Shown here in pieces: positions 1-8,886 of a stretch of 20,000 nt of DNA. The notes under the pieces were generated by a model. It saw only the letters and a list, made by a program, of their open reading frames with translations. It was not told the origin of the DNA and ran no database searches. Source of the stretch: an uncultured virus (IMG/VR IMGVR_UViG_3300045131_001195). Lineage: Duplodnaviria; Heunggongvirae; Uroviricota; Caudoviricetes. Position 1 is the first letter of the stretch, and each line of letters begins with the position of its first letter. The stretch is taken from the IMG/VR virus record IMGVR_UViG_3300045131_001195, positions 55,523-75,522 of that record; one strand, 5' to 3'. Made by a program: the position numbers and the translations under genes.

Positions 1-253
1 TTGGAATATTTAAATAAAATTCTAAATTATCTGGAGCAGTTGAATCATTCACTCTAACCCCATAAGTTGTTGCTGATAAACTTGTAATTAATACTGGTTC
101 AGTTATTGTTATATAAGGGGTACTATCAATATATGGATTAATAAATTCAATACTATAAGGTGGCGTTCCTCCACTTAATTCAAGAAGTATTGCACCAGAA
201 TTTGTATTAGTGCAGTCGCCTGTTAAACTCAAAAAATAATCAAATGCTGCCAT
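1..253 (-). CDS. SprB-repeat-like virion/adhesin protein, N-terminal part (runs off the window)
   Basis: Not in the ORF track. Manual translation from the ATG at 253 (TAATG overlap with the upstream stop) gives MAAFDYFLSLTGDCTNTNSGAILLELSGGTPPYSIEFINP...ITSLSATTYGVRVNDS..., open to the window edge. C-x5-G-x-I...SGGTPPY...LSAxTYxVxVxDS matches the SprB repeat pattern. Confidence 0.75.
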   Translation of the reverse strand, partial: MAAFDYFLSLTGDCTNTNSGAILLELSGGTPPYSIEFINPYIDSTPYITITEPVLITSLSATTYGVRVNDSTAPDNLEFYLNIP

Positions 254-3219
254 TATTCGCAAATTAAAGTTATATCAATACCAACGTTTATCACCAATGT
301 ACTATCATATGTATTTTCATTGTTGCAAGCAAAATCAACAAAAGTAACATTGTTATTGTTTGGTAAAGAATAATTTATATCATATTTGGTCACCCCTTCT
401 AATCCTGTTAAAACTGCTGAATTCCAAGCAGAACTAGTAGGAACATCATCACTACCCAAACCATTATAAAACTCAACTTTGGATACTATTGTATTATTTA
501 ATATTATTTCAACATACCAAGTTGTCAATACATTATCACTAGAACATGTATCACTAAAATCAAGTTTTGCCTCTGAAATACTATCACCCAAAATATCATT
601 AAATGATTTTGATGGATAAACTAGAAGATTAATATTATTTTTATCGCATATATCTTTAAATATTGGTGAAGTGATATACTCGTCTCCATCTGCAATTGAT
701 GTTAAACCAAATACCACAACACCATTGCCTGTTGTTATCACTTGTGGTGATGTTCCTCCAGTTATACTAAATCTTTTATATGCATATTTTTGTCTATGAA
801 ATGGTGAATTCTCATATTTAACACCCCCCATCCATAATGTTGTTGCTGGAATCATTTGTTCAACAAGATTAATCCAATTTGGGTTAATCCCATTCACATA
901 TTCAATTAATTTATCATAAGTATATTGATTGGTATCAATATTATTAGTTATCTTTGCTTCAATATATTTCCAAAATATGGATTGTAATACTGGATATCCC
1001 CCGGTTTTACCATCTGTGATGTATAACCTATTCCTAACATTAATCATATCATTTGCAAAAGTTTGAGCAAATTCAAAAAATGATTTTGATTTTGGTTGTG
1101 GATTAATTATGGTTGAATCTGTTCCCCCAGTTGTAGGATAAGGATATGTTAATCCAGATTGCGGAATTGGGTAATCCTTTTCTCTTGATTGAACCCATAT
1201 ATCATAAAGCAATCCTTGTGCTGGATTTAAAAATAAACTAACATTTTTTACATTTAACAATAATCTCTCATCTGGTAAAGTATAATAAGCATTATAATCC
1301 CCATCAGATGAATTTCTTAATAATAAATTAGAACTATTCCAAGATTTTTTATTATCAATAACTTTCTCCAAACTAAACCCCTCATCAATGTATGGAAATT
1401 TCCTTAACCTATCCAAATATTTTTCACCATACGTTAATTTCTCAAATTCAACCCCATAAGTTATTTCAGTCCCAACTTGCCTTCTGGTATTAACTTGTAA
1501 ACTTCTATGTTCAGGAGTTAATTGATACCAACCTGCCCCCATCTGAAAGAAAAAATCATCTGTTTCTTTTATCTGTGGATAACCTGTTGTCACATCAAGG
1601 GGGTAATTAACTTTAGTGGTATTTACAATTCTGGTATTTGCTGTAAATGCACTATATGTTCTACCTGAAAGTGGATATGTTGTACTTAATACAATTGGAT
1701 CATTATCAATATATGACCCAGTATTAATTTTAACTAATTCAGAATTAAATTTATCTAAATTTATTTTTTGGTCAGCCAAATAAATATGTTCATTAAATTC
1801 TATTAATGCATCTGGTATGCCAAATAATTTAAGAATAAACTCAATGGATTTTCTTGTCCCCTTGGATTTGAAAAGGTAAAATGAATTTATAACCAAATTT
1901 CTATAAAAAGAATAGTTTAATTCTAATGGAGTTTGTGAACGATTATATGCTGGAAATTTAAAATCACTATTATTTCCAAATAAAGATTCAACTAAAGTCT
2001 GATCCGTTATAAATTGGAAATTCTCTGCCCAACCTAATGTATTTGCCAAATTTGATAATAATTGTGATGGTATATCATTTTTTGGGGTATAATTAACAGA
2101 ATTCATAAAAGCAAGAGAATCAATAAACTTCTTAACTTCATCAAAACTTCTACCATATATCTGTAAAACACTTTCAACCCTTCTGTCAAATGTATCAAAT
2201 TCTTTCAAAGAGTCTGAAACCAAAAATCTTGAAATTAAATTTGTCCTAACACTATCAAAGTATTCTGCAATTTCTTGTAATTCATTTATATAATTGGTGA
2301 AACTTGAACTTGAAATGTCAATATTCCAAATACCATCTAATGGAAATGTAATATCCCTATTATATACCAAAAATTCCCCATTGATATTTTCTTCTGGGAC
2401 TTGTAAAGTCATAGTATATTTTGGTATGGATATGGTATTTAGCATATATTGCTCAATCTCATCAAAATCAGTTTTTAATACCAAATTATACAAATAATCA
2501 TTTGGCTTGATGATATAAGAATCAACTGATTGAGAACCCCCAGAAAATGGATTACCTTCAACAATAATCTTTAACACCCCAGTATTAAGATTATTTGATT
2601 TATCCAAATTTAACAAGGGATAATTTACCCCATTTAATTGCAAATCATAATCCAAATAAAATTTTGATAAATTTCTATATTCTGAAATAGCAATTTCCCT
2701 AGATTTTATATTAGTTTCAGCATTTTTAGAAAAATCAATTCCAAATGGGTTATATATTTTTTCAATATTTATATCAAATTCAGTTTCATTTAAAACTTGG
2801 TCATATAAAATATTTGTTGCTGTATATCCTGTACTAAAATTAATATCATATAAATTTATATCAATTGATGCTGGATAATAATTTATTATTTTTGTTATAG
2901 ATACTGAAAATCTTTTTGCCAATGATCCATATAAGGTAAACCCCATAACTTGGGTCAAATCATAGTTGGGGTAAACATTTAATTCCTTTGAAACTAATTC
3001 CCTAAAACTACTATTATTATCAATACTTAAAGATTCAAGAGTTATTGGATTACTAAATGAATTAACATATAAAGTAATAGGGGCATCATCTGTTATGGAT
3101 GACCTAAACTCAAAAGTTCCAAGCGTTAACCCCCCTCCTTCAGTAACTTGAAGTCCAACAATATTATCAAAAACTCCAACCCCACTACCAGGTGAATCTG
3201 TTATAATTATTTTTGGCAT
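253..3219 (-). CDS. Large virion structural protein, probable baseplate wedge subunit (T4 gp7 / P2 gpI-like segment)
   Basis: 988-aa ORF in the baseplate operon. It contains LLSNLANTLGW...YLFKSKGTRKSIEFILKLFGIP, resembling the KGT-x-x-(S/A)I motif of gp7/tail protein I family members. Coupled to both neighbours by TAATG overlaps. The ORF is secure; the product is inferred. Confidence 0.6.
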   Translation of the reverse strand: MPKIIITDSPGSGVGVFDNIVGLQVTEGGGLTLGTFEFRSSITDDAPITLYVNSFSNPITLESLSIDNNSSFRELVSKELNVYPNYDLTQVMGFTLYGSLAKRFSVSITKIINYYPASIDINLYDINFSTGYTATNILYDQVLNETEFDINIEKIYNPFGIDFSKNAETNIKSREIAISEYRNLSKFYLDYDLQLNGVNYPLLNLDKSNNLNTGVLKIIVEGNPFSGGSQSVDSYIIKPNDYLYNLVLKTDFDEIEQYMLNTISIPKYTMTLQVPEENINGEFLVYNRDITFPLDGIWNIDISSSSFTNYINELQEIAEYFDSVRTNLISRFLVSDSLKEFDTFDRRVESVLQIYGRSFDEVKKFIDSLAFMNSVNYTPKNDIPSQLLSNLANTLGWAENFQFITDQTLVESLFGNNSDFKFPAYNRSQTPLELNYSFYRNLVINSFYLFKSKGTRKSIEFILKLFGIPDALIEFNEHIYLADQKINLDKFNSELVKINTGSYIDNDPIVLSTTYPLSGRTYSAFTANTRIVNTTKVNYPLDVTTGYPQIKETDDFFFQMGAGWYQLTPEHRSLQVNTRRQVGTEITYGVEFEKLTYGEKYLDRLRKFPYIDEGFSLEKVIDNKKSWNSSNLLLRNSSDGDYNAYYTLPDERLLLNVKNVSLFLNPAQGLLYDIWVQSREKDYPIPQSGLTYPYPTTGGTDSTIINPQPKSKSFFEFAQTFANDMINVRNRLYITDGKTGGYPVLQSIFWKYIEAKITNNIDTNQYTYDKLIEYVNGINPNWINLVEQMIPATTLWMGGVKYENSPFHRQKYAYKRFSITGGTSPQVITTGNGVVVFGLTSIADGDEYITSPIFKDICDKNNINLLVYPSKSFNDILGDSISEAKLDFSDTCSSDNVLTTWYVEIILNNTIVSKVEFYNGLGSDDVPTSSAWNSAVLTGLEGVTKYDINYSLPNNNNVTFVDFACNNENTYDSTLVINVGIDITLICE

Positions 3220-4112
3220 TATTCTAGTATATTATCTAAATTTTTACTTATGTCAACATCATCCCCCCTATCTTGTCTAACTTCATATAATAAATTAGTA
3301 AATTGGTTTCTAACTTCAAATAAATTATATTGTTTGTAAATATTATTTGCTGTATCATATAAAGTATAGATACCATCTTCAACTGATTTAGTTTGGTTGC
3401 CAAATAAACCAATTGCCAATGTGGATATATCATGTTCAACCATTTCAATTTCAAGCGTTGTGGGGTTGAAATAACTATTTGTTATAATAATTTCTTGATT
3501 TGGCTGCCCAATAAATGGAACTGCATTGGTTTTGTTTGAAGGTGAACTACTTGGTGATAATGTTAAAAACACCAAATTAGTGTCATTATCAACATATCTA
3601 TATCTAATTGATTTTACACTAGTATTTACTTCATTTGTCACTATGGGTTCACAAAAAAAAGATGATGTAACTATTCTAAAGAAATTTGGAACTTTTTGTT
3701 TATTATTTAAATATTCAACACGATACCCAACCAACTCTTGGGGTGATGCAAATTTATTTCTAAAGTCTGCTGGAACATTATCCAAATTGATAACAATCCC
3801 CTTAACATTAGGAAGAGCACTTAACACCCCACAATCAGTAATTTTTGTTCTAATTTGTGCTGGTCTTAAATAAACAGTATAATAACCCAATGCATTAAAT
3901 TCTGTTGCTGGTAATGTTAACTTATATAAACCCCCCAATAATTCAACATTATTTGCATCCTCAAAATAAGGGGTCAAAATATCAGTTGCTGATAATTTTT
4001 TTTGCACAATTGTTTCACTCTGATCCCTGGTTGGGGAGTAAACCATTATAATCTCAACATCTTCAGGATTTACATCACTAGGTCTAACCGTGCCATATGT
4101 ACCAATTGCCAT
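3219..4112 (-). CDS. Hypothetical phage protein, probable virion structural protein
   Basis: 297-aa ORF with ATG start, own upstream TATTTATA motif and A-rich leader; beta-rich composition; lies in the structural operon. Confidence 0.7.
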   Translation of the reverse strand: MAIGTYGTVRPSDVNPEDVEIIMVYSPTRDQSETIVQKKLSATDILTPYFEDANNVELLGGLYKLTLPATEFNALGYYTVYLRPAQIRTKITDCGVLSALPNVKGIVINLDNVPADFRNKFASPQELVGYRVEYLNNKQKVPNFFRIVTSSFFCEPIVTNEVNTSVKSIRYRYVDNDTNLVFLTLSPSSSPSNKTNAVPFIGQPNQEIIITNSYFNPTTLEIEMVEHDISTLAIGLFGNQTKSVEDGIYTLYDTANNIYKQYNLFEVRNQFTNLLYEVRQDRGDDVDISKNLDNILE

Positions 4113-4130
4113 AATTTTTTTTTATATTAA

Positions 4131-4138
4131 TATAAATA
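4131..4138 (-). promoter_or_regulatory. Putative phage promoter box TATTTATA
   Basis: 18 nt upstream of the ATG at 4112, followed by an A-tract; same motif recurs in other intergenic gaps. Confidence 0.5.
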
Positions 4139-4147
4139 GTTTATTCT

Positions 4148-5179
4148 TTATTTATTTGTTAAATTAAAATATCCATATCCATATTTTTCCATATCTAACA
4201 AAGTTCTCACCTCACCAAGTCTTTGAACTCTTTCATATCCAGAATTTTTCCCCCTCTCAATAAAAACATTTGAAAAAATTTGAACATCAGAAACGCTCTT
4301 CATTAATAAATCATTTTTAACAATTGGACTTGGGTATATTGGCTCTTTTTTAATATTTGTTTTAAATATTGTTATTCCATTTTGATAATCAATATAATCA
4401 ATATTGCTAATGGTATATGCTGTGAAAATGGTTTCTTTAATTTCTGTTAATTTTCCCTCAAAACCATTTTTATTTACCAACTTACCAACTTTAAATTCAT
4501 CTTTACCATAAATAGCCAAATCATTTAATCTTGATTTTGTATAACCAGACACATCAACTGAACTAACATCATTGTATGAATATTTTTTTAATCCAGTATC
4601 CCCTGTGAAGATATAATCATAATTTATATTAGTATTCTTCCAAGGACCAGCATTTGGTATATATGATGTTGTGCCAAATGGATTTGATATGGTAGCTAAT
4701 TTAAATGGTTTTTTTATTGTCTTACTGACAATGTTTGAACCAAAATTATTTCTTTGTGTTAATGTTAAAGTAAATTCCCCATCTGATTTGGTATAAGTAT
4801 GGCACAATTTAGGAGATATCATTTGTTCAATTTGCCCATCACCCCAATCTATCAAATAAGTAGAATCCAATGTTGATGTCTTAACTATTGAGGTATTTGA
4901 AACACAAATTCTACTATCATTTTCCCCAGAAAATACAAAGTTTGTTGCAACATCTTTTTGTGTTATTGCACCATCAAATTCTGAATAATACCCCATATCA
5001 ACAATATCTTGCGTTAACAAAATAGGAATTGTTAATCCTGTTAATGTTGATGCCCCATTTGTCCCACCTGATAAAATATTTGTCATACCAGTATAAACGC
5101 CAATTGTCTTACCACTATAATCAAAGTATTTAATTAATGATGATACCGACTCAGGGGATATTTTAATTTTATATATCAT
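4148..5179 (-). CDS. Hypothetical virion protein with a PKD/Ig-like domain
   Basis: 343-aa ORF. YLIDWGDGQ...CHTYTKSDGEFTLTLT matches the PKD-type W(D)xGDG...HTY...G.Y/F.V.LT pattern. ATGA overlap with the upstream gene. Confidence 0.65.
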   Translation of the reverse strand: MIYKIKISPESVSSLIKYFDYSGKTIGVYTGMTNILSGGTNGASTLTGLTIPILLTQDIVDMGYYSEFDGAITQKDVATNFVFSGENDSRICVSNTSIVKTSTLDSTYLIDWGDGQIEQMISPKLCHTYTKSDGEFTLTLTQRNNFGSNIVSKTIKKPFKLATISNPFGTTSYIPNAGPWKNTNINYDYIFTGDTGLKKYSYNDVSSVDVSGYTKSRLNDLAIYGKDEFKVGKLVNKNGFEGKLTEIKETIFTAYTISNIDYIDYQNGITIFKTNIKKEPIYPSPIVKNDLLMKSVSDVQIFSNVFIERGKNSGYERVQRLGEVRTLLDMEKYGYGYFNLTNK

Positions 5180-5766
5180 TTTCTGCTTATATATTCATAC
5201 CATAAAATTGGTGATCCAGAAATACCAATCCTATTATCTTTTTTAATATCAAAATATTCATATGTCTTATTATCATAATCCAATTTTAATTTATAATGAA
5301 AATCAAAAACTTCATTTAAATTATATCTATCACTCAAATTTGAATCCCCTTGGCAAATATTTGACATTCTTTTAACCATTCCAGTTTTACCATTGAAAAA
5401 TGTTGCACTAACATAAAAAGTATCAAGATTAAATATTGTCTTATCCCTTAACCAATAAATATAAAAACCCTCTGTATTAATGTCGTGATCCAAATAATAC
5501 TCTGGAATTATTAAATTATTTGATTGAATTCCATTGCTGGCTTGTAATATAGTTGTAAAATATAATTTTTGCGATTTACTAAAAGGGGTGTCATAATAAT
5601 CTAATTTGAAAAATGAATTATTAAAACTATTTGTATTAAATCTTACATCATTTTCAATATATCCATTATTTGGGGTCAAATACGTTGTCTTCCAATTTAT
5701 ATTATTGGTAATATCAATTCCTTGTAAAAAATTAAATTTTATATTTAAACTATAATCTGTTGCCAT
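5176..5766 (-). CDS. Hypothetical phage protein, probable structural
   Basis: 196-aa aromatic-rich ORF (SFFKLDYYDTP, EGFYIYWLR, ATFFNGKTG); starts 4 nt after the previous stop. Confidence 0.7.
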   Translation of the reverse strand: MATDYSLNIKFNFLQGIDITNNINWKTTYLTPNNGYIENDVRFNTNSFNNSFFKLDYYDTPFSKSQKLYFTTILQASNGIQSNNLIIPEYYLDHDINTEGFYIYWLRDKTIFNLDTFYVSATFFNGKTGMVKRMSNICQGDSNLSDRYNLNEVFDFHYKLKLDYDNKTYEYFDIKKDNRIGISGSPILWYEYISRK

Positions 5767-5770
5767 TATA

Positions 5771-6676
5771 TTAATTTTTTATACATCTAACCGAATACCC
5801 ATTGTTTTTATCATCACATTGGAAATCCAAATTATTATTATTATATTTTAATTGAATTATTTTGGCAAAATTAACAATACATCCAGTTGTTGTATTAGTC
5901 CAAAAAGTACCCGTTTCCCCAAAGAAATTAAAATTACCATTATACACTCTTCTACCTGCTGGATAACCACTAAATCCACTAGTATTTGTTGCCCCATCAT
6001 TTGGGCTATCCCACCATACAACTCCTTCTGTTTTCATCTTCCCACCTGAAATACTATTACCCCCCAGATATGTGGATAAAGTTGCATAGTCAGCCAATGT
6101 GGGAACTCTATACTCGGTTGGACATAGATTAGTTGTTGCATAAAAATTATACAAATACCCAAAACAATTATCAATATTATTATTATTATATGCACAATAA
6201 GCACCAATTGTTAAATTACTCCAAGTTGTACTATTAGTTACATTTGGAATATCAGCACCATTATTATACCTTGTTGTTCTTAAATTTTCTGTAAACCAAG
6301 TTTGTGTTCCAATGGTAGCTGTACCATAATAATTCCCATCCAAATCTGTAACATAAGTTGTACCAGAACAAGTATTGACACTTATCAAAACACCACTTGA
6401 ATTAATATTGAATACCGTACCCTTTGTACTGCTAACATACCAACCTTCAGGTAATATCTCATAACCAGTATCTGTCCCAATGTAAATAATATCATTAATC
6501 TCTATTCTCTGTGGAGTTCTTTGGTTTGTCACATATAACTTATCACAATCCCCCACACAAGTTGTTGGTATTGTTGTGCAAAATATTGAATTACAAGCAT
6601 CACCACTAGTTGCATGATTAAACCAACTTGAACATCCACTACCAGGTGTTGGCGCATATACGTTAAATTCACTCAT
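5771..6676 (-). CDS. Cys-rich protein with a C-terminal Fibrobacter succinogenes major paralogous domain (Fib_succ_major/FISUMP)
   Basis: Family motifs appear in order: VTDLDGNYY.T..IGTQTWFTENL, GYLYNFYA, LCPTEYRVPT, GGKMK, ATNTSGFSGYPAGRR, G.FWT and terminal GYSVRCIKN. Confidence 0.88.
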   Translation of the reverse strand: MSEFNVYAPTPGSGCSSWFNHATSGDACNSIFCTTIPTTCVGDCDKLYVTNQRTPQRIEINDIIYIGTDTGYEILPEGWYVSSTKGTVFNINSSGVLISVNTCSGTTYVTDLDGNYYGTATIGTQTWFTENLRTTRYNNGADIPNVTNSTTWSNLTIGAYCAYNNNNIDNCFGYLYNFYATTNLCPTEYRVPTLADYATLSTYLGGNSISGGKMKTEGVVWWDSPNDGATNTSGFSGYPAGRRVYNGNFNFFGETGTFWTNTTTGCIVNFAKIIQLKYNNNNLDFQCDDKNNGYSVRCIKN

Positions 6677-6677
6677 A

Positions 6678-7238
6678 TTAATTTGAATTACAATTTTGAT
6701 TGAATACTATTAGATTATTTGATGAATAATATCTTAATTCCGTTGCTGATGGTGTTGGCGTCATTGTTGGAGTTGTTGTATTTGTTGGTGTTATTGAAGT
6801 TGTTGGTGTTATGGTTGGTGTTATTGATGGTGTTATTGAAGTTGTTGGTGTTATAGTTGGTGTTATTGATGGGGTTGGTGTAAATGTTGGTGTAGCAGAT
6901 GCTGATGGTTGTATAGTTGGTGTAACTGATGGTGTTGGTGTATATGTTGGTGTTGTCGTATTGGTTGGTGTTACAGTAGAGGTCATAGTTGGGGTTGGTG
7001 TTGGGGTTGGTGTTGGTGTTGGCGATGCTGACACTGGAATTGGAGGAAAATATCCCTTATGTTGAAATCTAACTATCTCGTAATCTATCTTATCATTTAT
7101 TGCATTGCTAATTATTGTATCTTCATATTGTTCAATAACATCATCTTGACCTAAATTTTCCACATTAATACTAACAGGAATGCTTATGGTTAAATCATTA
7201 ACATTTGGTAATCTTAATTTATATTTATTCACACTCAT
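6678..7238 (-). CDS. Hypothetical protein with a long Thr/Pro-rich (TPT) low-complexity tail
   Basis: ORF track starts at TTG 7241; ATG at 7238 preferred. About 65 aa of globular-looking N-terminus, about 95 aa of TPT/TPS repeats, then a short tail. Confidence 0.75.
   Translation of the reverse strand: MSVNKYKLRLPNVNDLTISIPVSINVENLGQDDVIEQYEDTIISNAINDKIDYEIVRFQHKGYFPPIPVSASPTPTPTPTPTPTMTSTVTPTNTTTPTYTPTPSVTPTIQPSASATPTFTPTPSITPTITPTTSITPSITPTITPTTSITPTNTTTPTMTPTPSATELRYYSSNNLIVFNQNCNSN
6745..7025. repeat. Imperfect coding tandem repeat encoding (T/S)-x-T-P units, including a 2 x 42 bp tandem duplication at 6786-6869
   Basis: 6786-6827 and 6828-6869 read tggtgttattgaagttgttggtgttat(g/a)gttggtgttattga with one mismatch; GTTGGT hexamer runs at about 6988-7022. 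Confidence 0.9.
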
Positions 7239-8886
7239 CAATAATAGGTTTTACAACAACACCGCTCCCATCATTTAATAATGAATTAAAATCATACCCA
7301 GAAGTATCTGGTATTAATTTGAATATTACATCTGAAAATGGATAAAATGTATCATTAACATATGGGTAATTAACCCCATTTGAATTCTCATCAAAAAAAC
7401 CAACACTATAAATATCTCTCCACCTAAATTGGGCATCAAATTTTGAATAGAATGCATAGCTTGGGATGTTATCTTTTGATGTTAAACCAACTGATTCAAC
7501 ATAATTTGAAAATACCTTTAATGTCATTCTATTATGTGGCTTATAATAATATCCTGACTTATTATTATCATAACCAGCAACCCTAAAAACACTTTCATTA
7601 TGTTTTATTTTATAATAAAAATCTGAAATAACAATCTCCTCTTGATTATATTCATTATATTCACAAAAATCACCATCAAATTCATTGGGGGGATTGTAAT
7701 AATAAAAATTTGATTTTGCGTCATCTGAATATGATATTGCCATAATATTGCTATTGGATAATGTGTTGCTATCATCCCACCAATCACTAACTGACTCACT
7801 TCTATTAAAATCCCAGCCTTGTTTCATTGGTTTATTTTTTGATGCAAAAAACCCAGAATACCCTTTAAATAAAATTGTTAAATATAATTCAGTTAAAGGT
7901 CTGTTTCTATTATCAACAATTCCTTCAATATCAATTTCATCCTGTATGGTAAAATTATATGATTTATTTGAACCTATTCTTTTTGTTGGGAATTTATTAT
8001 TATTATCATCATAACTTAATGTTTCTATCCCATCATAAATACCAGATTGAAATCCTGCTTTTGTGGCAACAACTCTATCACCCCCTTTTATAACTTTGTG
8101 TTTTCTAATATAATATTTTGAAATGGTTTCACCGCTATTGGCACTATTTGTAACACGCCTTAATGTTCCATATACATTTCCTTTTATTTTATCATTAATG
8201 TTAATGATGTTAATTATAGTCTTTTCAGAATTAAAAGAACCATCACCAAATGATAATATATTATGCAAAGATTCATTATTACCAATTTTAATCATCACAC
8301 TCTCCCCTAAATTCAAATTATGATTTAATCCACAAATAATTTTTGTCACATTAAAACCATTAATTGTTATATTTTCAGAAACAAATGGAATGCCATCACC
8401 AGCAACCCATTCAAAATCTTTTCCCTTAAAACCAATATTTAATATCTTTTTATTATCTTCAGAAGATGGATAAGTTAAATAATAATTCCAATTATATGTA
8501 AATGCACTAATGCTTTCAAAACCAAAAGCAGTTGTTGTTTTTGGTCTAAAAAAATCAAACTCATAAGATTGTAATAACCCCTTTCTAACATTTTTAGATT
8601 GAATGATTAATGAAGATTTTAATGGATAAATTAATTCATCTTCATATTTGGTTGTTGTTGTTCCAGAATATATATTATTATATAAATAACTTATGTTATA
8701 AACTGGTCGTATCTTAAATGATGCACTCTTCTCCTTCTCATACAATTCCTTTAAATCTATGTTAACACTTCTATCAAATTCAATTAATTCTTTGGATGAA
8801 TTAACAAGGTCAACTGATATTTGTGAATCAATTTCATCCCCAATCTTATTTCTATAAATGCTTGGTACTATAATATAGTTATTCAT
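7225..8886 (-). CDS. Hypothetical phage protein, probable baseplate/tail-associated
   Basis: 553-aa ORF overlapping both neighbours; aromatic- and Asn-rich; no motif recognised. Confidence 0.7.
   Translation of the reverse strand: MNNYIIVPSIYRNKIGDEIDSQISVDLVNSSKELIEFDRSVNIDLKELYEKEKSASFKIRPVYNISYLYNNIYSGTTTTKYEDELIYPLKSSLIIQSKNVRKGLLQSYEFDFFRPKTTTAFGFESISAFTYNWNYYLTYPSSEDNKKILNIGFKGKDFEWVAGDGIPFVSENITINGFNVTKIICGLNHNLNLGESVMIKIGNNESLHNILSFGDGSFNSEKTIINIININDKIKGNVYGTLRRVTNSANSGETISKYYIRKHKVIKGGDRVVATKAGFQSGIYDGIETLSYDDNNNKFPTKRIGSNKSYNFTIQDEIDIEGIVDNRNRPLTELYLTILFKGYSGFFASKNKPMKQGWDFNRSESVSDWWDDSNTLSNSNIMAISYSDDAKSNFYYYNPPNEFDGDFCEYNEYNQEEIVISDFYYKIKHNESVFRVAGYDNNKSGYYYKPHNRMTLKVFSNYVESVGLTSKDNIPSYAFYSKFDAQFRWRDIYSVGFFDENSNGVNYPYVNDTFYPFSDVIFKLIPDTSGYDFNSLLNDGSGVVVKPIIDECE

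Noticed and set aside
5771..5910. Complete diversity-generating retroelement within the window
   Set aside because: No second copy of this 3' region and no reverse transcriptase were seen in the 20 kb; only a candidate target domain is present.
6676..6710. Programmed frameshift or readthrough fusing the TPT protein to the Fib_succ_major protein
   Set aside because: The frames differ by +1, the downstream frame is open for only 10 codons upstream, no convincing slippery site is present, and TAA-t-ATG is ordinary translational coupling.
6745..7025. CRISPR-like or non-coding repeat array
   Set aside because: Repeats are contiguous, in multiples of 3, with synonymous variation and no unique spacers, so they are protein-coding.
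6811..7065. Plus-strand 84-aa Val/Gly-repeat ORF that looks hydrophobic
   Set aside because: It is the antisense shadow of the TPT repeat (ACA CCA read as GGT GTT); no independent start context.
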